Assembly: GCA_965226055.1 (NCBI GenBank)
Contig: CBDDCA010000006.1
Location: 258,251-322,250 of the forward strand
Direction of reading: 5' to 3'
DNA: 64,000 nt
Origin: Spirochaetia bacterium
GTDB taxonomy: Bacteria > Spirochaetota > Spirochaetia > WTKD01 > G963693115
Within the stretch, counting starts at the first letter, position 1. The number at the start of each line of letters is the position of its first letter. Positions 9,931-19,760 of this stretch are shown piece by piece. Below the pieces are notes generated by a model. That model was not told the origin of the DNA and made no database searches. It worked only from the letters and a program-made list of their open reading frames with translations. Position numbers and translations under genes: made by a program.

Positions 9931-10536
9931 TTATATTCTACTGAATAAGATACTGAACAAAATACCAAATCCTGACAACATGATAGTCATTTGAATTCCA
10001 AAAAACCAGTACATAATAGTACTGTTTGTTTTTATCGATTCTTTCATAGATTTTATTTCTGTTGTCAAATTTTCCCGTACACTATTTATTTCTGTTGTCA
10101 AATTTTCCCGTACACTGCTTATCTCTGTTGTTAAGTTCTCCCGTATGCTGTTTATTTCTGTTGTTAAGTTCTCCCGTACACTGTTTATTTCTGTTGTTAA
10201 TTTCTTCTCTACACTGTTTATTTCTGTTGTCAAATTTTCCCGTACACTGCTTATCTCTGTTGTCAAATTCTCTCGTACGCTGTTTATTTCTGTTGTCAAA
10301 TTTTCCCGTACACTATTTATTTCTATTGTCAAATTTTCCCGTACACTGCTTATCTCTGCTGTTAAGTTCTCCCGTACACTGCTTATCTCTGCTGTTAAGT
10401 TCTCCCGTACGCTGTTTATTTCTGTTGTTAATTTCTTCTCTACACTGTTTATTTTTTCTAATAAAAAATCATATTGTGTAATTGGAGTTGCAAGCATTCC
10501 ATCTTCATTTGTAATTTTCTCTTGTACTGCTCTCAT
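9931..10536 (-). CDS. Tail-anchored coiled-coil protein with ~13 tandem 11-residue (hendecad) repeats
   Basis: Repeats of (T/A)EI(N/S)SVRENLT have hydrophobic residues at positions 1, 4 and 8 of each 11-mer. Single C-terminal TM segment (IMYWFFGIQMTIMLSGFGILFSILF). Confidence 0.55.
   Translation of the reverse strand: MRAVQEKITNEDGMLATPITQYDFLLEKINSVEKKLTTEINSVRENLTAEISSVRENLTAEISSVRENLTIEINSVRENLTTEINSVRENLTTEISSVRENLTTEINSVEKKLTTEINSVRENLTTEINSIRENLTTEISSVRENLTTEINSVRENLTTEIKSMKESIKTNSTIMYWFFGIQMTIMLSGFGILFSILFSRI
10047..10447. repeat. About 12 x 33-bp tandem repeat (VNTR) inside CDS 9931-10536
   Basis: Contiguous 33-bp units with a few substitutions each (ttatttctgttgtcaaattttcccgtacactat). 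No spacers, so it is not a CRISPR array. Confidence 0.85.
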
Positions 10537-10604
10537 AATTTTATTATATCATATTATTATCATTGAGTAAGTATGTAATCATTTGTAAGGTTGCAAATAA
10601 ACAA

Positions 10605-13600
10605 CTAGCGACAATTCCCCGCTGGAAGACACCATCCAGGCAAGTTTTTTACAGCTGTACCCTTAAACATATCTGTTTTTATCACACTGTTTGCTACATT
10701 CCAGTTACTCAAATTCTGATTAAAAACACTAGCATCAGCAAACATACTGCTCATATCGGTAACATTACTTACATTCCAATTCCCTATATCTTGATTAAAA
10801 ACATCAGCATCATAAAACATATACCTCATATTGGCAACATTACTTACATTCCAATTCCCTATATCCTGATTAAAAGCTTCAGCATCATAAAACATACTGT
10901 TCATATTGGTAACTTTACCTACATTCCATTTTGATATATCTCCATTGAAAAATTCTGTTTGATTAAACATATTGCTCATATCGGTAACTTTACTTACATT
11001 CCATAACGATACATCTCCATTAAAGTATTGTTTATCATAAAATAGCCCTCCCATGTCTGTTATGTTACTTGTATCTATCATGTTTAAGTTAGGGGCAAAT
11101 CCTTGTGCTTTTATCTCTGCTTCTATGGCTTCCTCTAACTTTTTTTTGTTTTGAGGAGTGTACTTGTATTCTATCGTAACTGATATTGTTTTTGATCTAC
11201 TGGCATCAGTATATGTATGTATTGCTTTCCCATCGCTCTTTTTACTGGTAAACTCTATAGTATAGGTCTTTGAAGCTGCTTTGGTAGGAGTACCTGATAT
11301 CTTCCCAGTATCAGCATCAAAGCTCAACCCTGTATCTGCTGTTATATCCGGACTTATACTAAAAATTCCTGCTATAGCGGGTGTTTTAGTAAGTGTTACT
11401 TCTTTATCTTTCGTTAATGGTACTCCTACATATGCCTTTACACTACCTCCTATACTAGCTCTACTTGCACTTATATTAAAATACCATGTAGGGAGTATTA
11501 CTACAGCTGTATGCTCAAACATATTTGTTTTACTCACAGTTTTATCCACATTCCATGTTTCAAGTTCTTTATTAAATACACTTGCTCCCTTAAACATATT
11601 GCTCATATCGGTAACTTTACTGACATTCCACCCTGTTATATCTTGATTAAACTTACTTGCATTAATAAACATACTACGCATATCGGTAACTTTACTGACA
11701 TTCCACCCTGTTATATCTTGATTAAACTCACTTGCCTTAAAAAACATACTGCTCATATTGGTAACGCTACTGACATTCCATCTTGATATATTTCCATTAA
11801 AATTAACTTCACTGGAAAATAGACTACTCATATCTTTTATTTTACTTGTATCTATCATAGTGAGATCGGGGGTATTTCCTTGTACAGTTATCTCTGTATT
11901 TATAGCCTGCTGTAATTCTGCTTTATTATTAGGAATATGCTTATACTCTTTAATAGTAACTAACACTTTTATAGTCCGCCTATCATCAATATATTTATGT
12001 ATGAGTGTTTTATCAGCCTCTTCACTTCTAAACTGTATGGTATACTCAGTCTGTGAAGTTACTGTGGTGGGAGTACCTGATATTATGCCAGTACTAGTAT
12101 CAAAGTTCAACCCTGTATTTGTTGTTATATTTGGACTTATACTAAAACTCCCTGTTATAACGGGCGTTTTGGTAAGTATTATTTTTTGACTGTCTAGGAG
12201 TGATAAATCTCTATAGACACTTATAGTAGTACTATTTGCACTTATACTAAAATACCATGTAGGCAACTTTTTTACTGCTGAAGCAAGAAACATATCTGTT
12301 TTTGTCACACCGCTATCTACATTCCAACTTTCAAGATCTTGGTTAAATGCATTTGCGTTATTAAACATAAAAAACATATTCGTAACACTACTGACATTCC
12401 AATTTGATATATCCCCATTAAATTTTTGTGCTCCTGCAAATATACTGCTCATATTGGTAACTTTACTTACATCCCATTTCGATACATTTCCATTAAAATG
12501 ATCTTTACTGGAAAATATATTACTCATATCTGTTATAGCACTCGTATCTATTATGTTTAGATTAGCGGTATTTCCTTGTGCATTTATCTCATCATCTACA
12601 GCCTTCTGTAATTCTGTTTTATCACTGGGCGTATACTTATACTGACTTATAGTTACATGTATCTCTATTGTCCGATCAGTATATGTATGTATTGTTTTCC
12701 CATTCTTTTCACTGGTAAACTGTATAGTATACTTAGTTTGTGAAGCTAATATAGTGGGAGTACCCGATATTGAGCCAGTGTTAGTATCAAAGTTCAACCC
12801 TGTATTTGTTGTTATATTTGGACTTATACTAAAACTCCCTGTTACATTAGACGTTTTAGTGAGTGTTATTGTTTCAGTGTTACTTAGCGATAAATCTTTG
12901 TATCCAGTTATAGTAGTTCTGTTTGCATTTATACTAAAATACCATGTAGGCAACTTCTTTACTACTGTACTTTCAAACATATTTGTTTTTATTACACTGC
13001 TTTTTACATTCCAGTTTTCCAGATTTGCACTAAACTTTGATGCAAAATTGAACATAGTTTCCATATTTGTAACTTTACTTACAGTCCAATTTTTTATATC
13101 TTGGTTAAAGCTTTGTGCAGATAGAAACATAGCTCTCATATTTATAACTTTACTTACAGTCCAATTTTTTATATCTTGGTTAAAGGCATGTGCTCCAGCA
13201 AATAAACTCTCCATATTTGTAACAGCACTTACATTCCATCCTGATATATCTCCATTAAATTTATTCGCATTCAAAAACATATTGCTCATATTTGTAACTT
13301 TACTTACATTCCATTTTGATATATCTCCATTGAAATTAGCTTTATCCTCAAATAGATTACTCATATCTGTTATAACACTTGTGTCTATTATGTTGAGATT
13401 AGCAGTATCTCCTTGTGCAGCTATCTCATCATCTACAGCTTTCTGTAACTCTGTTTTATTACTAGGAGTATGCTTATAACTTGTGGTAACTGATATTTTT
13501 ATTGTTCTATCAGTATATTTATGTGTCGCTGGATTACCTTTACTATCAGTAAAGCTACTGGTAAACTCTATAGTATAATCAGTCTTTGAAGCTGCTTTAG

Positions 13601-16600
13601 TAGGAGTTCCTGATATTGTGCCAGTGCTAGTATTAAAATCTAACCCTGTATTTACTGTTATATCTGGACTTATACTAAAACTTCCTGTTATATCAGGCGT
13701 TTTGGTAAAAGTTATTTCTTTATTTTTTGCAAGTGGAACATTTACATATGTATTTATACTACGATTACTTGCACTTATATTAAAATACCATGTAGGCAAC
13801 TTTGCTACTGCGGTATTCTTAAACATATCTGTTTTTGTCACACCACTTGCTACATTCCAGCTTTCAAGATCTTTTTCAAATGCATTTGCTCCACTGAGCA
13901 TACTACTCATATTGGTGACAGCATTTACATCCCATTCGGATATATCTCCATTGAAAGTAATATTATCCTTAAATAGATCACTCATATCTGTTATTTTACT
14001 TGTATCTATTATGTTGAGATTAGCTTCGTTTCCTTGTACATTTATCTCTGTAGTTATAGCTTGCTTTAATTCTGTTTTATTATTAGGAGTATGCTTATAC
14101 CTACGTATCTCTACCGATATTTTTATTGTCCTATCAGTATCAATATATTTATGTATTACTGTTCCATCTGTCTTTTTACTTGTAAACTGTATGGTATATT
14201 CAGTCTTTGAGATTGCTGTAAGAGGAGTACCCGATATTTTACCAGTGCTAGGATCAAAATCTAAACCTGTATTTTTTGCTATATCTGGACTAACGCTAAA
14301 ACTTCCTGTTATATTAGGTGTTTTGGTAAGGGTTATTTCTTTATCTGTTGCTAATGGTATGTTTTTATATGCAATTATCTTATTATCACTTGCACTTATG
14401 CTAAAATACCATGTAGGCAACTTTGCTACTGCGGTATTCTTAAATATATCTGTTTTTGTCACAGTCCCATCGCTTGCTACATTCCAATCTTCCAGATCTT
14501 GGTTAAATTTTGTCGCTCCCAAGAACATCTTGCCTATATCGGTAACGCTACTTATATTCCAGCTTGATATATCTTGATTAAACGCTGCCGCTGACGAAAA
14601 CATCTGATGCATATTCGTAACTTTTCCTACCTTCCAATTTGATATATCTTTATTAAAAATGGTTGCTCCCGAAAACATAGCTGTCATATTTGTAACTTTT
14701 CTTACATCCCAGCCCGACATATTGCTATTAAAATTTGCTGCTCCTAAAAACATTCGATTCATATCCGTAACTGCCCCTACATTCCACCCCGATATATCTT
14801 TATTGAAACTGGTTGCTCCCGAAAACATATTCCCCATATCATTCACATTTTGTACCTTCCAATTTGATATATCTTGATTAAAACTTGTCGCATTCCAAAA
14901 CATACCATTCATGTTAGTAACACTTTGTACCTTCCAGTTTGATATATCTTGATTAAAACTACCTGCATAATAAAACATACTGCTCATATCAATAACATTA
15001 CTTACATTCCAACCAGAAATATCCCCATTAAATGCAGCAGCTTGATTAAACATATGACTCATATCAGTAACATTACTTACATCCCACTCAGATATTTTAC
15101 CATTAAAAGTAGTATTACTATTAAATAATCCACTCATATCATCAATCTTACTAGTATCAATTATATTTAAGTCAGCAGTATTTCCTTGTAATCCTATCTC
15201 AGTATTTATATTGTTTATTAATTCTAATTTACCAGTAGGAGTATACTTATGCCCTATAGTAACTGTTATCGTTATTGTCCTATCAGTATAGGCATATATT
15301 GTTTTCCCATTCTTTTCACTGGTAAACTGTATGGTGTAAGGAGTTTTTGAAGCTACCTTTGTAGGAGTACCCGATATTGTCCCAGAGCTAGAATCAAAAC
15401 TCAAGCCTGTATTTGTTGTGATACTTGGACTTATACTAAAACTTCCTGCTATACTAGGTGTTTTGGTAACTTTTATTTCTTCACTTGCTCCTAATTTTAT
15501 ACGTGCTTGCCCTGTCAGAGCAGACTTATTTGCACTTATACTAAAATACCATGTAGGTAACTTTGCTACTGCGGTATTCTTAAACATATCTGTTTTTGTC
15601 ACAGTCCCATCGCTTGCCACCTTCCAGCTTTCAAGATCTTTGTCAAATGCACTTGCTCCTAAAAACATGCTACTCATATCAGCAACCTTGCTTACATTCC
15701 ATCCCGATACATTTTGATTGAAACTTGTTGCTCCTGAAAACATATTACTCATATCGGTAACGCTACTTACATCCCATCCCGATATATCTCCATTGAAATT
15801 AGCTTTATTCTCAAATATATTACTCATATCTGTTATATTACTTGTATTTATTATGTTTAAGTTAGCAGTATTTCCTTGTACTTCTATCTCCTTTTTTATG
15901 TTTTCCAATAACTCTGTTTTGTTGTTAGGAGTATAAAGATAAGTATTTATTGCTACTGATAGAGTGATGGATCTAGTATCGACATAAGTATATGTCGCTG
16001 GATTACCTGAGCTATCAGTAAAGCTACTGGTAAACTGTATGGTGTAAGAAGTTTGTGAAGCTGCCTCGGTAGGAGTACCCGATATTGTGCCAGTTCTAGT
16101 ATCAAAATCTAACCCTGTATTTGCTTTGATATCTGGACTTATACTGAAACTTCCTGCTATAAGGGGTGTCCTTGTCAGTATTATATCTGTTATTGGTACT
16201 TTTACTCCCTCATGTATACTATTGCTGCTTGCGCTTATACTAAAATACCATGTAGGTAATTTTGCTACTGCAGTATTCGTAAACATATTTGTTTTTGTCT
16301 TAAGGCTTGCTATATTCCAGTTTTCAATATCTCCATTAAATTTTATCGCCCCACTCAACATATTTTCCATATCAGTGACTTTACTTACATTCCACTCGGA
16401 TATATTTCCATTGAAAGTAGTGTTATCCTTAAATAGATCACTCATATCTGTTATGTTACTTGTATCTATTATGTTGAGATTAGCAGTATTTCCTTGTGCA
16501 TTTATCTCTGTAGTTATAGCTTGCTTTAATTCTGCTATATTATTGGGAGTATGCTTATATTTATGTATCTCTACTGATATTGTTATTGTTCTATCAGTAT

Positions 16601-19073
16601 AGGTATGTGTTGCTAAAGCACCTGTACTACCAGTAAAGCTACTGGTAAACTGTATGGTGTAAGAAGTTTGTGAAACTGCTTTGGTAGGAGTGCCTGATAT
16701 TGTCCCAGTGCTAGTATTAAAACTCAACCCTGTATTTGCTGTTATATCTGGACTAATACTAAAATTTCCTGCTATATCAGGCGTTTTGCTAAGGGTTATT
16801 TCTTCATTTTTTGCTAGCGGTATTCCTCTATATACATCTATACTAGCACTATTTGACTTTATGCTAAAATACCATGTAGGTAATTTTGCTACTGCGGTAT
16901 TCTTAAATATATCTGTTTTTGTCACAGCGATTGCTACATTCCAGCCTTCAAGATCTTGTGTAAACTTAGAAGCACCAGAAAACATGCTACTCATATTGGT
17001 AACCTTGCTTACATTCCATCCCGACACATTTTGATTGAAACTTGTTGCTCCTAAAAACATACTGCTCATATCGGCAACTTTACTTACATTCCATCCCGAT
17101 ACATTTTGATTGAAACTTGTTGCTCCTAAAAACATACTGCTCATATCGGTAACTTTACTTACATTCCATTTCGATATGTCTCCATTAAAACTTGTTGCTC
17201 CTGAAAACATACTGCTCATATCGGTAACTTTACTTACATTCCATTTCGATATATCTCCATTGAAAGTAGTGTTATCCTTAAATAGCCTACTCATATCTGT
17301 TATAAGACTCGTATTTATTATGTTTAGATTAGCAGTATTTCCTTGCAATCCTACCTCTGTTTTTATAGCTTCCAATAATTCTGCTTTATTTTTTGGCTTA
17401 TACTCTATAGTGAGCAATATTTCTATTGTCCTATCAGTATCAGTATAGGTATGTATTTCTGTCCTATCAGAGGAGGTACTTGTAAATGTTATAATATACT
17501 CAGTCTCTGAGGCTACCTTTGTAGGAGTACCTGATATTGTGCCAGTACTAGTATCAAAACTCAACCCTATACTCGTTATATCTGGCTTTATACCAAATTT
17601 TCCTGTTATATCAGGCGTTTTGCTAAGAGTTATTTTTTCATTATCTGCTAGTGATACCCCTTTATATACAGTGAGCTCATCAACATTAGCACTTATGCTA
17701 AAATACCATGTAGGCAATTTTGCTACTGCGGTATTTGTAAACATATCTTTTTTTGTCACAGTGCTTGCTACATTCCAGCCTTCAAGATCTTTATCAAATG
17801 CACTTGCTCCTGAAAACATACCATCCATATCTGTAATATTACTTACCTTCCACTTTGATATGTCTCCATTGAAACTTGTTGCTCCTGCAAACATATTACT
17901 CATATCGGTAACATTGCTTACATCCCACAATGATATATCTCTATTAAAGGTAGTGTCATCCTTAAATAGATCATGCATATCTTTTACAGCACTTGTATTT
18001 ATATAGTTAAAATTATCTACATCAGTATTTTTAATTGCTTCTATTAATTCGTTACGTGTTTTTACTATAGCAGTAAACACCGATACATATATAGAGAACT
18101 GGCTAGACTTTCCTAAGTAACTTCCATCCCCTGTAAAACGAATTGTATATTTTCTTCGTATACCATTTTCTTTATCCTTCAATAACCTTATTGCAGTGCC
18201 ATATATTTCTCCATTATTGTCCTTCATCTCCAATCCTGTATCTTCCGTAAGAGTTGTCGTTTTTCCATCAGTACTATTAAATTCAATACTCCATGTACCA
18301 GTAATTCCTGGAGGGCTTGTTGCAATATTGATTGGCATTAAAGGAACATTCAAGCTCGACTTGATTAACTGTTCATTATCATACCTATCTGTGATAGAGT
18401 TTCCATCACGCACAAGAGTAAATACATAATGCCAACTAGGAATACTTGTTGCAGGTACATTAGCTCCCTTAAATATATCTTGTATATTTACTGAATCTGC
18501 TACCTGCCATTTCTCTAAATCATACTGAAACACTGTTGCTTTATTAAACATGTTACTCATATCGGTAACCTTGCTCACATTCCAGCCTGATATATCTTGA
18601 TTAAAACTTGCTGCGGCTTCAAACATGTTACTCATATCGGTAACCTTGCTCACATTCCAGCCTGATATATTTTGATTAAAACTCGTTGCTCCCTTAAACA
18701 GATTACTCATATTAGTAACATTACTTACATTCCAGCCTGATATATTTCCATTAAAGGTAGTATTTCCTTCAAACATACTGCTCATATCAGTAATATTGCT
18801 TACATCCCAACTTGATATATCACCTGAAAAATTGGAAAATTCACCATCACCTTTGAATAAGCCGCTTATATCTTTTACTTTACTTGTATCTATAGTAGAG
18901 AGATCTGCTGCATTTCCGCGGGAGGCAATTTCTCGCTTAATGTTTTCAATAAGCGATTCTCTACTATCAGGAGAGTAAATAAAGTCTAAACTTAAAGATT
19001 TTTCTGGATCACAACCAGATACCAAAAAAGCGAAACATAAAAATAGCCAAAATATAAAAAATTGATACTTCAT
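10605..19073 (-). CDS. Giant modular surface lipoprotein (2822 aa) of reiterated DUF285-repeat and Ig-like (He_PIG-like) modules
   Basis: Signal peptide with lipobox LVSGC. About 8 modules of ~330 aa, each built from several DISxWNVSxVTxMSxMF repeats, then AVAKLPTWYFSI, then GLSFDTSTGTISGTPT. Confidence 0.85.
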   Translation of the reverse strand: MKYQFFIFWLFLCFAFLVSGCDPEKSLSLDFIYSPDSRESLIENIKREIASRGNAADLSTIDTSKVKDISGLFKGDGEFSNFSGDISSWDVSNITDMSSMFEGNTTFNGNISGWNVSNVTNMSNLFKGATSFNQNISGWNVSKVTDMSNMFEAAASFNQDISGWNVSKVTDMSNMFNKATVFQYDLEKWQVADSVNIQDIFKGANVPATSIPSWHYVFTLVRDGNSITDRYDNEQLIKSSLNVPLMPINIATSPPGITGTWSIEFNSTDGKTTTLTEDTGLEMKDNNGEIYGTAIRLLKDKENGIRRKYTIRFTGDGSYLGKSSQFSIYVSVFTAIVKTRNELIEAIKNTDVDNFNYINTSAVKDMHDLFKDDTTFNRDISLWDVSNVTDMSNMFAGATSFNGDISKWKVSNITDMDGMFSGASAFDKDLEGWNVASTVTKKDMFTNTAVAKLPTWYFSISANVDELTVYKGVSLADNEKITLSKTPDITGKFGIKPDITSIGLSFDTSTGTISGTPTKVASETEYIITFTSTSSDRTEIHTYTDTDRTIEILLTIEYKPKNKAELLEAIKTEVGLQGNTANLNIINTSLITDMSRLFKDNTTFNGDISKWNVSKVTDMSSMFSGATSFNGDISKWNVSKVTDMSSMFLGATSFNQNVSGWNVSKVADMSSMFLGATSFNQNVSGWNVSKVTNMSSMFSGASKFTQDLEGWNVAIAVTKTDIFKNTAVAKLPTWYFSIKSNSASIDVYRGIPLAKNEEITLSKTPDIAGNFSISPDITANTGLSFNTSTGTISGTPTKAVSQTSYTIQFTSSFTGSTGALATHTYTDRTITISVEIHKYKHTPNNIAELKQAITTEINAQGNTANLNIIDTSNITDMSDLFKDNTTFNGNISEWNVSKVTDMENMLSGAIKFNGDIENWNIASLKTKTNMFTNTAVAKLPTWYFSISASSNSIHEGVKVPITDIILTRTPLIAGSFSISPDIKANTGLDFDTRTGTISGTPTEAASQTSYTIQFTSSFTDSSGNPATYTYVDTRSITLSVAINTYLYTPNNKTELLENIKKEIEVQGNTANLNIINTSNITDMSNIFENKANFNGDISGWDVSSVTDMSNMFSGATSFNQNVSGWNVSKVADMSSMFLGASAFDKDLESWKVASDGTVTKTDMFKNTAVAKLPTWYFSISANKSALTGQARIKLGASEEIKVTKTPSIAGSFSISPSITTNTGLSFDSSSGTISGTPTKVASKTPYTIQFTSEKNGKTIYAYTDRTITITVTIGHKYTPTGKLELINNINTEIGLQGNTADLNIIDTSKIDDMSGLFNSNTTFNGKISEWDVSNVTDMSHMFNQAAAFNGDISGWNVSNVIDMSSMFYYAGSFNQDISNWKVQSVTNMNGMFWNATSFNQDISNWKVQNVNDMGNMFSGATSFNKDISGWNVGAVTDMNRMFLGAANFNSNMSGWDVRKVTNMTAMFSGATIFNKDISNWKVGKVTNMHQMFSSAAAFNQDISSWNISSVTDIGKMFLGATKFNQDLEDWNVASDGTVTKTDIFKNTAVAKLPTWYFSISASDNKIIAYKNIPLATDKEITLTKTPNITGSFSVSPDIAKNTGLDFDPSTGKISGTPLTAISKTEYTIQFTSKKTDGTVIHKYIDTDRTIKISVEIRRYKHTPNNKTELKQAITTEINVQGNEANLNIIDTSKITDMSDLFKDNITFNGDISEWDVNAVTNMSSMLSGANAFEKDLESWNVASGVTKTDMFKNTAVAKLPTWYFNISASNRSINTYVNVPLAKNKEITFTKTPDITGSFSISPDITVNTGLDFNTSTGTISGTPTKAASKTDYTIEFTSSFTDSKGNPATHKYTDRTIKISVTTSYKHTPSNKTELQKAVDDEIAAQGDTANLNIIDTSVITDMSNLFEDKANFNGDISKWNVSKVTNMSNMFLNANKFNGDISGWNVSAVTNMESLFAGAHAFNQDIKNWTVSKVINMRAMFLSAQSFNQDIKNWTVSKVTNMETMFNFASKFSANLENWNVKSSVIKTNMFESTVVKKLPTWYFSINANRTTITGYKDLSLSNTETITLTKTSNVTGSFSISPNITTNTGLNFDTNTGSISGTPTILASQTKYTIQFTSEKNGKTIHTYTDRTIEIHVTISQYKYTPSDKTELQKAVDDEINAQGNTANLNIIDTSAITDMSNIFSSKDHFNGNVSKWDVSKVTNMSSIFAGAQKFNGDISNWNVSSVTNMFFMFNNANAFNQDLESWNVDSGVTKTDMFLASAVKKLPTWYFSISANSTTISVYRDLSLLDSQKIILTKTPVITGSFSISPNITTNTGLNFDTSTGIISGTPTTVTSQTEYTIQFRSEEADKTLIHKYIDDRRTIKVLVTIKEYKHIPNNKAELQQAINTEITVQGNTPDLTMIDTSKIKDMSSLFSSEVNFNGNISRWNVSSVTNMSSMFFKASEFNQDITGWNVSKVTDMRSMFINASKFNQDITGWNVSKVTDMSNMFKGASVFNKELETWNVDKTVSKTNMFEHTAVVILPTWYFNISASRASIGGSVKAYVGVPLTKDKEVTLTKTPAIAGIFSISPDITADTGLSFDADTGKISGTPTKAASKTYTIEFTSKKSDGKAIHTYTDASRSKTISVTIEYKYTPQNKKKLEEAIEAEIKAQGFAPNLNMIDTSNITDMGGLFYDKQYFNGDVSLWNVSKVTDMSNMFNQTEFFNGDISKWNVGKVTNMNSMFYDAEAFNQDIGNWNVSNVANMRYMFYDADVFNQDIGNWNVSNVTDMSSMFADASVFNQNLSNWNVANSVIKTDMFKGTAVKNLPGWCLPAGNCR

Positions 19074-19219
19074 ATAAATATATTCAATAATACGTACAAA
19101 AAAATAAATTTACTTAATATAAATTTAGTACATTTATACGATTTTTCAACCTCTTATGTACATAATATATATTACTATATTTTATTGTCAATAATATCAT
19201 TTTCCAATACTCCCAATAT

Positions 19220-19675
19220 TTATTTCTTACGTTTTGCTCGCGTACTCTTGGGTGTATTCTTCTGTTGTGTATCATTCTCATCATTCACCATGATAGTATT
19301 AAAATTGATAGGAGGCAGTAGTATTGGGGAAATGCCAGATTTTGCTGTTAATGAAGAAATATATTCTCTTACATAAGGAAAAAGAACAGCAGGAGCATCT
19401 TTTTTTGAAAATTCTTTCAATAATGCTATATTTGGTTCTTCTGCATCTTCTTGAAACTGTCCTGCACAAATAATTTCAATATGTAACGAGTTTTCTTCAT
19501 TTTGAATTGTAACCTTTAGTTCTACATATAGCATATTATTATCTTCATCTATTGAAGATTTTGCTTCCATCTGCGGATCAATTTCAGATGATTGTATAGT
19601 AGCAGCTCTCTGGAATACTACATGAGGAAATATAATAGAATGTATTCTAATACCAAGTGATTTATTTTTTTGCAT
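19220..19675 (-). CDS. secB: Protein-export chaperone SecB
   Basis: AVLFPYVREYISSLTAKSGISPILLPPINFNTIMVN aligns with E. coli SecB [36 protein letters not shown]. Confidence 0.8.
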   Translation of the reverse strand: MQKNKSLGIRIHSIIFPHVVFQRAATIQSSEIDPQMEAKSSIDEDNNMLYVELKVTIQNEENSLHIEIICAGQFQEDAEEPNIALLKEFSKKDAPAVLFPYVREYISSLTAKSGISPILLPPINFNTIMVNDENDTQQKNTPKSTRAKRKK

Positions 19676-19760
19676 AAAACTACCTACTCTCTACTTTACT
19701 ATAAAATGCAATTTATTATTGCATCATAATATACTATTATATATTATCGCAACTGCAGCA

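Noticed and set aside
10047-10447. Regular 33-bp repeats that could be mistaken for a CRISPR array
   Set aside because: The units are contiguous with no spacers, lie in frame within a CDS, and encode an 11-aa protein repeat.
10062-18978. Many + strand ORFs of 60-319 aa inside the giant minus-strand gene (e.g. 12754-13479, 13618-14577, 16087-16602), plus 10062-10481 and 10145-10570 over the VNTR
   Set aside because: They are antisense to a very long, repeat-rich CDS with strong sense-strand coding signal (a recognisable domain architecture). They translate to low-complexity Leu/Ser/Phe strings that mirror the repeats.
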